Positions 1-11,000 of a stretch of 32,000 nucleotides of DNA are shown piece by piece. Made by a program: the position numbers and the translations under genes. Origin of the DNA: an archaeon (GTDB taxonomy: Archaea > Iainarchaeota > Iainarchaeia > Iainarchaeales > CSSED10-239); assembly GCA_035390665.1 (NCBI GenBank), contig DAOOUC010000007.1, positions 12,728 through 44,727 of the forward strand. The letters run 5' to 3'. The notes beneath the pieces were generated by a model, which was not told the origin of the DNA, did no database searches, and was given only the letters and a program-made list of their open reading frames with translations. Every line of letters begins with the position of its first letter. Position 1 is the first letter of the stretch.

Positions 1-1098
1 TAATATAACAATATTAAAACTAATTAATATGTTTATTGTTATTCCAACTTGAGCGGCCACTAATTTAACAAGACTTGCTAAACCAAATCCAAGTAATACC
101 CCTATTGTTCCTCCAATTAAACCAATAATTCCAGATTCTAATAAGAATATTAAAAGAATGTCTCTTTTCTTAGCACCAACTGCTTTTAATATTCCAATTT
201 CTTTCTTTCTTTCAAATACAGAAGTGTACATGGAGTTTAATATTCCAATTCCTCCAACTAGAAGAGAAATACAAGCAATTCCAATAATAACAATACTAAC
301 CATTCCAAGAGTTTCTTCTCTGTTTTTTGCTTCTTGAATTGGGCTTGTTACAAATACATCTTCTGAACCTCTTTTTCTTTCAAGTCTATCTTTTATTTTT
401 TCGGAAGTAACTTCTACATCTTTTCCTTCTTTGGTAATTGCATAAATTGCATCAAAGGTATCGTTCTGTGTAATTTCTTTAAGATTATCATTAGAGATAT
501 AAATTGCACTATCTTTTCTTCCGTCTCCTGTTTTTTTAAGAACTCCTACAATTGTATATTCTGTGTCTGCAATTTTAATTTTCTTTCCAAGATCTAGAAT
601 TTTTCCAAAAAGATCATCTTCTTTTTCTATATCATAAAAACTATAACCAACAACAATTTCTTTTGCTTTATCTGAAGATATATAACTTCCAGTTAATATT
701 TCTTTATTTTCTTGTAGTAACATTTTTTCAAAATATTTTGGTTCATAAGAAGTATAAGAAAGCATTTGTGTTTTTTGATTATATTTAGTTTCAAGATATC
801 CATTTAATGATCCAGTCGCATAATCAACATCTGTAATTTTTTCTATAGTTTTAATATCTTCATCTGTTAATCCAAGTAAACTTCGGCCACCACCAAAACT
901 TTGGTATTTGGAAGTAATTGTTATCTTTTGAGAACCTAAATTATTAAATTCACTGGTTATTGCAGATTTAAGTCCTTCTGAAAGAGAAATCAAAGAAACA
1001 ATTGCAACAACTCCAACAATAATTCCAGCTATAGTTAACCAATTTCTTAATTTTCTTCTTCTTAGGTTTCTTAGAACAAAACTTAGTATTCCAATCAT
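1..1098 (-). CDS. MacB/FtsX-like ABC transporter permease, partial (runs off left edge)
   Basis: Own reverse-strand translation is open from ATG at 1098: MIGILSFVLRNLRRRKLRNWLTIAGIIVGVVAIVSLISLSEGLKSAI..., typical MacB/FtsX permease N-terminus. It lies directly downstream of the ABC ATPase. Confidence 0.9.
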   Translation of the reverse strand, partial: MIGILSFVLRNLRRRKLRNWLTIAGIIVGVVAIVSLISLSEGLKSAITSEFNNLGSQKITITSKYQSFGGGRSLLGLTDEDIKTIEKITDVDYATGSLNGYLETKYNQKTQMLSYTSYEPKYFEKMLLQENKEILTGSYISSDKAKEIVVGYSFYDIEKEDDLFGKILDLGKKIKIADTEYTIVGVLKKTGDGRKDSAIYISNDNLKEITQNDTFDAIYAITKEGKDVEVTSEKIKDRLERKRGSEDVFVTSPIQEAKNREETLGMVSIVIIGIACISLLVGGIGILNSMYTSVFERKKEIGILKAVGAKKRDILLIFLLESGIIGLIGGTIGVLLGFGLASLVKLVAAQVGITINILISFNIVIL

Positions 1099-1104
1099 TA
1101 ATTA

Positions 1105-1809
1105 TCAATGGTTTAGTTTATCTTCAATTATTTTTCCATCTTTTAGATTTATGTTTCTTTTTGCAGCTTTTGCAACAGTCTTATCGTGTGTAATAATTAT
1201 AACTGTTTTTCCTTTCTTGTTTAAATCTTTTAAAAGATCCATTATTTCTTCACTTGATTTGGAATCAAGAGCACCGGTTGGTTCATCAGCGAGTATAATT
1301 TCGGGGTCATTAACTAAAGAACGTGCAATTGCTACTCTTTGTTGTTGTCCACCGGAAAGTTCAGTTGGTTTATGATGTACTCTTTCTCCAAGACCAACTA
1401 GAGTTAATAATGCTTTACAATGTTTTTCTTGAAGTTCTATTGATTTATCTGTGTCTTGAAAAAGCATTGGAAGCATAACATTTTCTAGAGCAGTTAAAGT
1501 TGGTATAAGATTAAAATCTTGAAAAACAAAACCAATTTTTTGTCCTCTAATCTTTGCTAAATCGTCTTCTTCTAAATTAGAAACATCTGTTCCACCTAAA
1601 AGTACTTTTCCTTTACTTGGAAGATCTAAGGCTCCAATAATGTGCATCATTGTGGATTTTCCAGAACCGCTTGGGCCCATAATTGCAACGAATTCTCCAG
1701 TATTAATTCTTAAATCTACTCCATTTAAGGCATTAACACAAACAGAACCCATACAATAGATTTTGTAGATATCTTTAAGTTCCACAACAGCTTTATCTTT
1801 TATAGTCAT
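1105..1809 (-). CDS. ABC transporter ATP-binding protein (MacB/LolD-like)
   Basis: Walker A GPSGSGKS, signature LSGGQQQRVAIARSLVNDP, Walker B IILADEPTGALD. The likely start is the internal Met at 1809 (MTIKDKAVVELKDIYKIY), not the 1908 start in the ORF track. Confidence 0.95.
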   Translation of the reverse strand: MTIKDKAVVELKDIYKIYCMGSVCVNALNGVDLRINTGEFVAIMGPSGSGKSTMMHIIGALDLPSKGKVLLGGTDVSNLEEDDLAKIRGQKIGFVFQDFNLIPTLTALENVMLPMLFQDTDKSIELQEKHCKALLTLVGLGERVHHKPTELSGGQQQRVAIARSLVNDPEIILADEPTGALDSKSSEEIMDLLKDLNKKGKTVIIITHDKTVAKAAKRNINLKDGKIIEDKLNH

Positions 1810-2113
1810 GTTTAACTCACACAAATAGTTAGTAAATTTACTATATATTACATATATAGAAATATATTTAAATAGAAAAAAACAGAAAAAACAAGTAAAA
1901 AACACCATTTCTTGGACAACTCGTCAACAAACACATTTATATATATTTTTAATCTAAAATATATTATATCTATTTGAGACAATTATGTTTACCTAAGTTC
2001 TTAAATTTTGTTCTTTTGGGTATGCACAACAAAAGTTATTTTTTGTTGGCACAGAGAAATCACAAAGTGATTTGTCTTGTGAAGGAACTTTTCTTTCAAG
2101 AAAAGGGTCTCGT

Positions 2114-2196
2114 GCAGAGGTGGCGGAGTGGCCAAACGCGCTAGCCTGCTAAGCTAGAGTCGAAAGACTACACGGGTTCGAATCCCGTCCTCTGCG
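2114..2196 (+). tRNA. tRNA-Ser(GCU)
   Basis: GCAGAGG/CCTCTGC acceptor stem, CTAGC-CTGCTAA-GCTAG anticodon arm, short variable arm, GGTTCGAATCCC T-arm, discriminator G. Confidence 0.95.
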
Positions 2197-2268
2197 TTTT
2201 TCTTTTTCTAAGAATATCTTTAAATATATTATGTATTACTATATTGATACACTAAAATGTGATATATT

Positions 2269-2529
2269 ATGTTTAAAAAAAAAGTTGATTCAGATAGATT
2301 ACTGCAAGAAACCATTTATGGAACAGGCGGAATACCTAAACCAGAGGTTGGTGCAGTTTCAGTCGGTGCAAGTAAGAGAAGAAGAAATGAGCAAAATTTC
2401 TTACAGAGATTATTTAGCCCAAGAAAAGTTGTAAGGCCTGCACCAGGAAAGCCAAAAAAACCAGGATTTTTTGAAAATCTTTTTTCAGGCAATGGTTTTA
2501 AAAGAAGAAAAGGTATTGATGGTTTTTAA
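2269..2529 (+). CDS. small basic hypothetical protein (86 aa)
   Basis: Open ORF, Lys/Arg/Pro rich, immediately upstream of and overlapping by one base the next ORF; no recognised domain. Confidence 0.6.
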   Translation: MFKKKVDSDRLLQETIYGTGGIPKPEVGAVSVGASKRRRNEQNFLQRLFSPRKVVRPAPGKPKKPGFFENLFSGNGFKRRKGIDGF

Positions 2530-2903
2530 TGTTAAAAAATAAATTTATTTATTGGATACCAAGAATTTTATCAATATTATTTATTCTCTTTTTAGCAATG
2601 TTTTCTTTAGATGTTATTACTCCAGAGGCAAGTTTTTTGGAGATTGTGGGCGGATTACTAATTCATAATATCCCTGTTTTTATTTTAACTGCAATTTTAA
2701 TAATTTCTTGGAAATATGAAATTGTAGGTGCTATTGCTTTTATTTTGGGAGGATTATTATATCTTCTAAATGTTTTGATTACTATAATTAGGACACCACC
2801 ATTTGAATGGTTTTATTTATCTTGGATTTTATTTATTTCAGGACCAGCATTCTTGATAGGAATATTATTTTTAATTGGCTGGTTAAAAAAAAAGTCTAAG
2901 TAA
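2529..2903 (+). CDS. small integral membrane protein (124 aa, about 4 TM)
   Basis: Several long hydrophobic segments ([59 protein letters not shown]). Confidence 0.75.
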   Translation: MLKNKFIYWIPRILSILFILFLAMFSLDVITPEASFLEIVGGLLIHNIPVFILTAILIISWKYEIVGAIAFILGGLLYLLNVLITIIRTPPFEWFYLSWILFISGPAFLIGILFLIGWLKKKSK

Positions 2904-4593
2904 ATTCATTTTCTGAAGTATTATTCCCGTAAAAGCTATTAAGTTTATTACTCATACAACTCATAATTGTTAAGCAATCTGTATCTGAAATATATTTTGT
3001 GTCTTGATAATTAATGTTGATAATATTATATTCATTTAATGGATCAATATCGTTTGGATAATCAGGAACAGGAGTAATTGGTTGTGGCATATTTTCAATT
3101 CTTCGTTGTAAATTTTCTTGTCTAATTCTTTCATTTTCTTGTCTTTGTATTTCAGCTTGATTTTGTCTTTCTAATTCTTGTTTAGCAATAGGAAGTAAAT
3201 CGTTTATTTCTTTACCTGATTTAGAAATTAATTCTCCAGAATATCCATAAATTATTGAACATTCTAATTTAGCATCTTCATCTTTTATCCATATTCTAAA
3301 ATATCCATTATTCCCCCAGTGTTCTCCCCAATTATTTTTTAATATCCAGTATTCTTTATTTCTAATCTTATCTGTGCCCCATCCAACAATAGTAACACCG
3401 TGAGCAAGGGTTGGAGGGTCTTCGTCTGATATTTTAGACCAAATTCCAGATTCAAAATTATAAAGAGACGGATAAAAATAAATAGATGTTGCTAGAGGAG
3501 ATAATTTAAGTGCTTCTTTAATATTATTGATTGTTTGAGTTTTATTTATAGTTCTACAATCAGAATTATCAATTCTAAAATGAGATTCTATAAAATACTT
3601 GGTATAGTTGTCATTTTTTCTAGGCAAATAAATTGAATTTTCAGTATCTGAATCAGAAGTATCTGGACAAAAATTAGAGTTTATATTATTAATATTTAAT
3701 CGGCCTTGACCAGTAATTAAAAGAGGGGTAATATTCATATTTGTTGTAGTTTTCTTAGTAGTTCTATTTAAATTAACAATTTCACAAGAATCATATGCCA
3801 AATAATTTAGTTGATTTTCTAAAGGAACACCAAAAGGAACTTCTCCAGCAGCTAAACTTAATTGGGTTCTTGTTTGTAAATGTTCTGTGCCTGCAATTAA
3901 TTTATTTTCTAAACCTAATTCTCCTTTTATTTTATTTTTTAAATAATTATTAAAATCACTATTTTGATTATAAGAGGCTAAAGATAAGAATTTAATGTAA
4001 TAATCTAATCCAGCACCACGACAGCCAATGAAATTAGAATAGGATATAAGATATTGTTCAGATAAGTTTAATTTATTATTTTCTGAAAGATTATCTTTTC
4101 TATTTATGTATCCTTCTAAAGCTCCAAGAATTGCAAAAGTGTTACAAGAACCACAAGTTGTTTGATTTTTACCTAGCGTCATATATGTTGCCCAATTTAT
4201 TTGGTCTTCAAATTCATAAATTGGAGCAGAAATGGTGGCATCGGTTAATAAGAATAATCCAGTATTCCTATTTTTTTCTTTTTTCATAGAATTTAAGTCA
4301 TCATATTTGTAGTTTTCTGGAAAGAAATTATTTTTATTTTCGGTATTAAAAATAGGCGATGGATCAGGATTTGCATTTGAATAAGAATCAATTTCATCAA
4401 TTCTTTGAGTGATTGGAATTTTCATAATTTCTTTAGAGTAATTTGTAGCAACCCAAGATGCATTTTGTTTTCTTAATTGTTCATTAATAATATCTGCTTG
4501 TGTTTTTTCTTTAGATATTGATAAAAATAACATTATAGAGATAATTATTATAGAAATAATAATTGCAATTATGGAGTTTAATTTTTTATTCAT
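2896..4593 (-). CDS. Secreted/membrane-anchored papain-like (C1 family) cysteine peptidase
   Basis: N-terminal hydrophobic signal/anchor; catalytic motifs [50 protein letters not shown]. Confidence 0.9.
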   Translation of the reverse strand: MNKKLNSIIAIIISIIIISIMLFLSISKEKTQADIINEQLRKQNASWVATNYSKEIMKIPITQRIDEIDSYSNANPDPSPIFNTENKNNFFPENYKYDDLNSMKKEKNRNTGLFLLTDATISAPIYEFEDQINWATYMTLGKNQTTCGSCNTFAILGALEGYINRKDNLSENNKLNLSEQYLISYSNFIGCRGAGLDYYIKFLSLASYNQNSDFNNYLKNKIKGELGLENKLIAGTEHLQTRTQLSLAAGEVPFGVPLENQLNYLAYDSCEIVNLNRTTKKTTTNMNITPLLITGQGRLNINNINSNFCPDTSDSDTENSIYLPRKNDNYTKYFIESHFRIDNSDCRTINKTQTINNIKEALKLSPLATSIYFYPSLYNFESGIWSKISDEDPPTLAHGVTIVGWGTDKIRNKEYWILKNNWGEHWGNNGYFRIWIKDEDAKLECSIIYGYSGELISKSGKEINDLLPIAKQELERQNQAEIQRQENERIRQENLQRRIENMPQPITPVPDYPNDIDPLNEYNIININYQDTKYISDTDCLTIMSCMSNKLNSFYGNNTSENEFT

Positions 4594-4709
4594 TTATTGT
4601 CCCCATATAATATAATAATATGAATGTTTATAAAATGTTTATCTCAAGAATATATTAGATGAAAACAGTATAAATTGATTGTGTATCAAGCTTGAACGTA
4701 ATAGGTCAG

Positions 4710-4791
4710 GCTAGGGTTTCCGAGCGGTCAAAGGAGCCAGACTCAAGATCTGGTGCTTAGTGCTTCGCAGGTTCGAATCCTGCCCTTAGCA
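4710..4791 (+). tRNA. tRNA-Leu(CAA)
   Basis: GCTAGGG/CCTTAGC acceptor, CCAGA-CTCAAGA-TCTGG anticodon arm, variable arm TGCTTAGTGCTTCG, GGTTCGAATCC T-arm. Confidence 0.93.
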
Positions 4792-4804
4792 GATTATAAT
4801 CTAT

Positions 4805-5395
4805 TTGAATATTATGAAATTTGAAAATATTATTCTAAATAAACCAGAAGATGTCGTGTCTTTTCTAAAAAGAGAAGATTTGATTAATCAACTATATGAA
4901 ATAGAATATACTACCAATCTGACTTATAGTTCGAAAGAAAAATTTATTGAAAGATTAAAAGAAAACCTATATCTTGAAACTCTTAATTCTAAAGAAATGG
5001 GCGTTTATTTTAATTTATTACATGAAAATAAAAAAATAATTGGTTTTTCTATATCAAATAAAGAAGATAAAGAAAGAGCATATATTGGAAGAATTGCAAT
5101 TAGAAAAGAATATCAAGGTAAAGGTCTTGGAAAGAAATTATTGATTAATACTGTTGCAAAATTAAGAGTAAAGGGTTTTACTTATATTGATTTAACTGCA
5201 AAACCAGCATTACATAAGCCATTAAAACAAATAACTGGCCAATCAAATATTGGGAAATCAAGACGAAAATTTAATTCTGATTTTAAGTATTCTATAAATA
5301 ATAGAAAATTTAATCCAGAAAGTAATAAGCCGATTACAATTACAATAAAAAAACAAAAAAGGAAAATTCCTGTTTATAGGCCACGAATAAAATAG
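4805..5395 (+). CDS. GNAT family N-acetyltransferase
   Basis: YIGRIAIRKEYQGKGLGKKLLINTVAKLRVKGFTYIDLTA matches GNAT motif A. The true start may be the internal ATG at 4814. Confidence 0.85.
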   Translation: MNIMKFENIILNKPEDVVSFLKREDLINQLYEIEYTTNLTYSSKEKFIERLKENLYLETLNSKEMGVYFNLLHENKKIIGFSISNKEDKERAYIGRIAIRKEYQGKGLGKKLLINTVAKLRVKGFTYIDLTAKPALHKPLKQITGQSNIGKSRRKFNSDFKYSINNRKFNPESNKPITITIKKQKRKIPVYRPRIK

Positions 5396-5401
5396 ATAAT
5401 T

Positions 5402-5782
5402 TTAACATTCTCCTTCTTTTAATATTGGTACATTGTCTGCTGTACATGCGTTTCCATAAGTAACTCCATTAACTCCACAAACAGGCATATATTCCATTGT
5501 ACAAACCTTTCCTTCTGTTGGAGGATATTGCCCTTTAAAACATTCTTCTCTATAAAGCTTCCATTCTTCACATTGAGATCCATCTTCAAATGTACAGATT
5601 CCATATTCTCCATGTTCTGAATTGACAATATTTAATGTACCTCCAAGATTTTTACAATAAACAGAAGCAGGGTTTGCAATTTCAGTTGTATTCTTTTCTG
5701 AAAAAATTAAAAATCCTGCAACAATTCCTGATACAAAAACAATTGCCATAATTATTCCTATTATTATTCTTTTATTTATCAT
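5402..5782 (-). CDS. Secreted DUF333 + Kazal-type inhibitor domain protein
   Basis: N-terminal TM/signal; DUF333-like ANPASVYCKNLGGTLNIVNSEHGEYGICTFEDGSQCEEW; Kazal-like YMPVCGVNGVTYGNACTADNVPILKEGEC. Confidence 0.85.
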   Translation of the reverse strand: MINKRIIIGIIMAIVFVSGIVAGFLIFSEKNTTEIANPASVYCKNLGGTLNIVNSEHGEYGICTFEDGSQCEEWKLYREECFKGQYPPTEGKVCTMEYMPVCGVNGVTYGNACTADNVPILKEGEC

Positions 5783-6648
5783 TTATTTTCACCTTTTTTA
5801 AATACTTCTCCAAGGAAAAGTTTATTACTTACTCCGTATTTTTTTATATCAATATATCCTTTATCTATTAGTTTTTTAATATTTCTTGAAACTGTGCCTT
5901 TAGGCAAGAAACTTTTAGCAGTTATTATTTTTTGAGATTGTCCTTCGTTTTCAATAATTATCTTCATAATCTTTTGTTCATTCTCATTTAGTCCCAAAAG
6001 TAAATCTTTTCCTTTTTCTGTAGTTTTTATTTCTTTTTTAGTTTTTGGTTTCTTTTTAATTAATAGGTATGCCCCAACTAAAATAATTGGAATAATTAAT
6101 AAATAATAATAATAATTATTAGATTCAACATTCTTTAAATCATAATTAATATTTATTTCTTTGATATCTTTAAAAGAAATAACAATTTGTCCATTGATTA
6201 CTTGAACCGAAGAAGAGATGGGCGTTTCTTTTATTTCTGAATTTTTGGGTAGAGTTATTTTTAAGTTATTAGATGTGTCTAAATATCTAGATTTATAATT
6301 TAGATTCCAAAGTCCATTATTTTTATTTGTGTAATAATCAGTAAGAGAGATGATTTCTATATTTAATGTTTCTGGTATGTTGCTTAGGTTAATTGTTAAT
6401 AATTCAGTTGTGTATGAAAAATTAGAATATTTTTGATTATTAATCTTTACAACAACATCATAGCTTGGAACAATTGGTAATTCTAATTTTTCTGAATTAA
6501 TGTCTGTAATTATTAATTTTTCTGAAATTTTATAACTATCAAATTTATCTGCAAATATTTCTGTGTCTTGAGATATAACATTGTATGCATAATTATAATT
6601 AATTATTGTAATAAAAACAAAAAATATTAATATTTGTTTCTTAATCAT
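5779..6648 (-). CDS. Membrane-anchored protein with C-terminal winged-helix (MarR-like) domain
   Basis: Signal peptide, extracytoplasmic beta-rich region, single TM (YYYYLLIIPIILVGAYLLI), then wHTH LNENEQKIMKIIIENEGQSQKIITAKSFLPKGTVSRNIKKLIDKGYIDI. Confidence 0.8.
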   Translation of the reverse strand: MIKKQILIFFVFITIINYNYAYNVISQDTEIFADKFDSYKISEKLIITDINSEKLELPIVPSYDVVVKINNQKYSNFSYTTELLTINLSNIPETLNIEIISLTDYYTNKNNGLWNLNYKSRYLDTSNNLKITLPKNSEIKETPISSSVQVINGQIVISFKDIKEININYDLKNVESNNYYYYLLIIPIILVGAYLLIKKKPKTKKEIKTTEKGKDLLLGLNENEQKIMKIIIENEGQSQKIITAKSFLPKGTVSRNIKKLIDKGYIDIKKYGVSNKLFLGEVFKKGENK

Positions 6649-6725
6649 AATTATTCACTAATATTATATTACAATCATATATTTAAAGTTACTTTTTTTA
6701 AAAAAAATAAAAAAAGAAGAGAAAT

Positions 6726-7724
6726 TTATTCTTTAATTTCTCTTATAGCAGATATTCTTTTTTGTATTATCTTTTCTCCGAAAGGAATAAACCCTAAGAA
6801 TTTCTTTTTTTCTTTAACTTCAAAAACATATTCTGGATTTTCTGATTCTGTTTCTAAAATAATTTCTCCGATTATCTTTTCAGAATCAATTTTGTTTTCT
6901 TGAAGTATTTGTGTTACAGGTATTATCTTTTTTGTAGAGTTATTGTTTGTTATATAAATTTCAGAATCCTTTATTTCCATTTGAGATCTTGTTCTTAATT
7001 GTTCTTTTGGTTTTTCTGCAGTTGTTAATTCTTCTTTGTTTGGTTTAGAATTTTGTGCATTAGGGTTTGCTTGTATTTGATTTTGATTTCTGGCTCTTGC
7101 ATTTTCTGCAACAATTCCAGAATTGTCAGAATCAATAATTAAATAATGTATGTTTCCAAGATTATTCCCTTGAATTTCGGTTCCATCATTTAGTTTGATT
7201 GTGGCTTTAAATTTAAGCAATTTATCTATTCCACAAGAATTAATAAATCCAGTCATATTTTCTTGTGCAAATTCTTCTGTATCGTTTTCTTTTACATAAC
7301 CAATCTTTCCATGAAATAAAGAATCTGTTGAGCTTTTGCTTAATTTTCTTGTAAAACAAGCTTGTTCTTGTCCGTCTGTAAAAATTTCAAGAACTACCAA
7401 TTCTATTTCTGAAAGATTAATAGTTTTAGTATTAGCAATAGGCAATAATTCTAAATCTAAATAATAGCCTTCATTTTTCTTTAAATGATAGGTATTAGTT
7501 TCAGAATTAAAATAAGCACTAGAATTACATCTTTCTTTATATGGCCCAGTATAATTTTGATCAAAACGCACAGGTACAACAATTTGTGCTCTGTCTATTG
7601 CACAAGGAATTTGAAGTTCATAACTCATAGCTTCTTGAGCATAAAGTTTAGGAACAACAGCAAGTGCAAAGATTGTTAATGCAAATATTGCAACCACATA
7701 ATTTATTATTTTTTTTTCATTCAT
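6726..7724 (-). CDS. Secreted hypothetical protein (332 aa)
   Basis: Signal peptide (IINYVVAIFALTIFALAVVPKLYAQEA); preceded by RBS-like AAGGAGG; no recognised enzyme motif. Confidence 0.75.
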   Translation of the reverse strand: MNEKKIINYVVAIFALTIFALAVVPKLYAQEAMSYELQIPCAIDRAQIVVPVRFDQNYTGPYKERCNSSAYFNSETNTYHLKKNEGYYLDLELLPIANTKTINLSEIELVVLEIFTDGQEQACFTRKLSKSSTDSLFHGKIGYVKENDTEEFAQENMTGFINSCGIDKLLKFKATIKLNDGTEIQGNNLGNIHYLIIDSDNSGIVAENARARNQNQIQANPNAQNSKPNKEELTTAEKPKEQLRTRSQMEIKDSEIYITNNNSTKKIIPVTQILQENKIDSEKIIGEIILETESENPEYVFEVKEKKKFLGFIPFGEKIIQKRISAIREIKE

Positions 7725-7735
7725 ATTTTTCCTCC

Positions 7736-7855
7736 TTAAATTTTTGTTTTTATTCTTAGTATTGTAAATAATAATGTTATTACAATAGCAAGGTAAATAA
7801 AAATAGCCAAAAAATATTGTCTAATTTTTCTTGCTGGACAACTTAATTTTTTCAT
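7736..7855 (-). CDS. 39-aa single-TM small membrane protein (not in ORF track)
   Basis: Own translation: MKKLSCPARKIRQYFLAIFIYLAIVITLLFTILRIKTKI. Preceded by RBS-like GAGGTGA and immediately followed by the AAGGAGG of the downstream gene. Confidence 0.6.
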   Translation of the reverse strand: MKKLSCPARKIRQYFLAIFIYLAIVITLLFTILRIKTKI

Positions 7856-7966
7856 TTTTATTTCACCTCGCTTTATTTTTTTTTCTTAAAGGGGATTTAA
7901 TGGCATTGTCATTAAATCGTTTGTTTATACAAAACTTATGATTTTTTCTATTTAAATACTTTTAGC

Positions 7967-7990
7967 GAAACTTAGTGAAACTTAGTGAAA
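7967..7990. repeat. Tandem 10-nt repeat (GAAACTTAGT x2 plus GAAA)
   Basis: Sequence GAAACTTAGTGAAACTTAGTGAAAACTA in the divergent intergenic region between 7855(-) and 8087(+). Confidence 0.75.
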
Positions 7991-8086
7991 ACTACAGAAA
8001 TATACTGGAATTTAGGGAAGATATTATGAAATGTTTATATATTTTTATATCTTATATATTATATATCTCTAAGAAGTGAAAAGATT

Positions 8087-11000
8087 ATGAAATATACAAA
8101 AATACTATCTATAATTCTTATAATTTTAATATTGCCTTTTATCTTTGCAGAAGATGAAGGCAATTCTATTATTGTTCCTTTGGCAATAAATGGAACAGAA
8201 GGAGAATTAGATGTTTTTACAATACAAACAAACTATCCAGAAATAGAACTTGATGAATCTCAAGACCTAATTACAAGTTTTTCTTCTTTTGATCAGAATT
8301 CATCATTTTCTTTAAATTCTCAAGTTAATTATAAATCTCTTAATATTCCTCATTATTTCTTAAAAGAAAATCAAAATACTAAAAAAAGAATATATCCATT
8401 TAACCAAGGAAGAACTTATGTAATAAATAATTCTTCGCAAGAAATTGCAAAAGACAAAACCTTAGAGCTTAAATTAAATTTGTCTAATACCACACAAAAA
8501 GTTTATTTAATTATTGACCAAGCGCAATCAAATCCAATACCAGCTATGACTCAATTTGTAAATATTAGTTCTTCAACAATTGAGATTAACACCATTCCAA
8601 GATATCTAAAAATAAATAAAAGTTCAATTGTAAATGGCAAACTACTTTTAAATCTTAAAGCTAATATTCCTAATTTTTCTTTACAAATAATAGAATTGGA
8701 TAATAATCAAAAAGTTAGTGGAGTTTATAGTACAAATATTTTACAATTAGATTATGATTCTTTTAACAAATATACTTTATTTCAGATAAATAGAAACCTT
8801 ATTGAATTTTATTGTCCTTATTGTCATCTTAAAGACTATGGGATAAATGAAAATGGTTTTTCTTCTTGTGGCAAGTCTGTTTTTGAACAAGAGAAGAAAT
8901 CAATAACGGAATATTTAAGTGCGAAAGAAAATGTTTGTCTTTTACCAGATGGTTCAAGGATCTCTGGTTTTACAAATGAGTCCTTGGAATTATTTGGTTT
9001 GAATAGATTATATTTTGAATGGAATGATAATATTCCTTCTGATTTCTTTGATTATGGAGAATACTATGTAGATCAAGATCAACTAAGAATTGCAGTTTCT
9101 AAAAAATTAGATGAGATAAGTAATAATAATTATGTTGAAATTGAAACTACAAAATACAAAAAAGGAAAAAACACCTTAATTTCAAAAGTTGGAACAGATA
9201 TAGAATATGACTTGTCTGAAGTTACAGAACTTTCAACAAACAGTTCAATAAACGAGTCATTGGATTTTTCTATTGCAGTATTAAATTCAATTCCCGAAGA
9301 ATATAAAAAATTAACAATAATTGATTTAACAAATAATGAACCATCTGTAAGTGTTTCTGAATTTGATAGAATAATGCAAGAGATTTTAGTTTCAAATTAT
9401 TATAAAGTAACAGACTATCACACACATTATCAAATAACTCTTGAGAAATATTTAAGTTCAATTAGTAATTTTAAAATATCAAGAGCAAATAACGATATTT
9501 ATTCTAAACTTTTATATGGCCTAGAATATAAAACACAAGGTTATTCTAATGTTTATTTATCAGAAGGATTAAATTATTTTATATATAATATTAAACCATT
9601 TGGAGAAGATATAGAAGCAATTCTAAATAATGAGCACACACAATTGTTTGGAAACTATTGGAAACTAAATCTTTTAGATAATAACCAAACCACACAACCA
9701 AAAACAGTTATTGTAAATCTTTCAGAGATTGTTCCTGAAAGAAAAGAAGCAAATATTAGTTTTAATGATCCAACTACAGATTTATATGTTAATTATTATT
9801 CAGGAAATCAATATTTTTCTAATAATCCTTTATTTTTAATGCCACTAAATGTATTAAGTTACAATCGTGGAAACTTTTTTGAGAATACTACGTCTGTTAC
9901 TTCAAAGCAACCAGATATCATAAACAATTATAATAATCTCCAAGAAGGCAAAATTGTTTCTATAGATACAACAAGTTCTGATTTTGTAATTAATTTAACA
10001 AAACCAATAATTATTACTAAAGATACTGGAGAAGAAATTTTAGTAAAGTATTATAATGGTAGAGAATATGTTAATTATTCTAATAATTTAATAAAAGTAA
10101 ATAATTCAAGAGAAGACTTTCCAACTAAAGAAACAATTGTTATTTATCCGCCAAAGTCAGAATTTGTAAATTTTCCATTAATTGTTGAATCATCAACTCC
10201 TTTAATTTTTAATAAAGAAGTTATTGAAAATAAAGAGCAAGAAAAATATGTATATAGATTAAATTCAGAAACTCAGAATTTAAGCTTTTCTGAATTAATA
10301 AACAATATTTCAAATAATCAAACTTGTTTTTCAGTTATAGATAATAGTTTTTCTTTATGGATAAATGTTGATCAAGAATTAGATGTTACAAAATCTTATA
10401 GTTATCAAGAATTTGCAAGTGCTTTACAATCAGAAGAAAATAGTCCTTCTGAAAGTCTTGCAACAACTTTAAATCAAAACCCCGAAGTAAATACAACCTT
10501 TGCAGTATATACAATTGATGAATCTCAAAATCTTTACAAACAAGTACAAGCAGTTAATTCTTATATTCAAACAGAAACAGAGACAAGGAATTTAAAAATT
10601 TTAGAAAGTTATAATGAAGTATATCAAAAAGTATTAGAAAGTGAGCCTGCATTAAAAAAAGACTTTATAAATTTATTAAATTGTAATGAAACTTTAATTT
10701 GTAGGATTTCAAAAACAAGATTTACTCCAGAGGGTTCCTTCTTTGAGAGATTTAAAAATGTGTGCATAGACAATACTCCTACAGAATGTGTAAGTTTCTG
10801 GTCAAATCCAAAAGTAAGTTATTGTTCTGCATTTATTAGAAATTTTAATAATTATTATTTTGGATATAGATTTGATTCTGCAAATGCTTGGGATTTAGCT
10901 AAACAACAAAATAATAAAAGTATTTGGAAGGCAACAACCGGCTCTCTTTCGGAAAGTAGTTATGATTATTTAATTCCTGGTTCTGTTCTTGGAATTAAGC

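Noticed and set aside
1151-1375. ORF of 74 aa antisense to the ABC ATPase
   Set aside because: Fully opposite to a conserved ATPase gene; no domain or RBS; composition explained by antisense reading.
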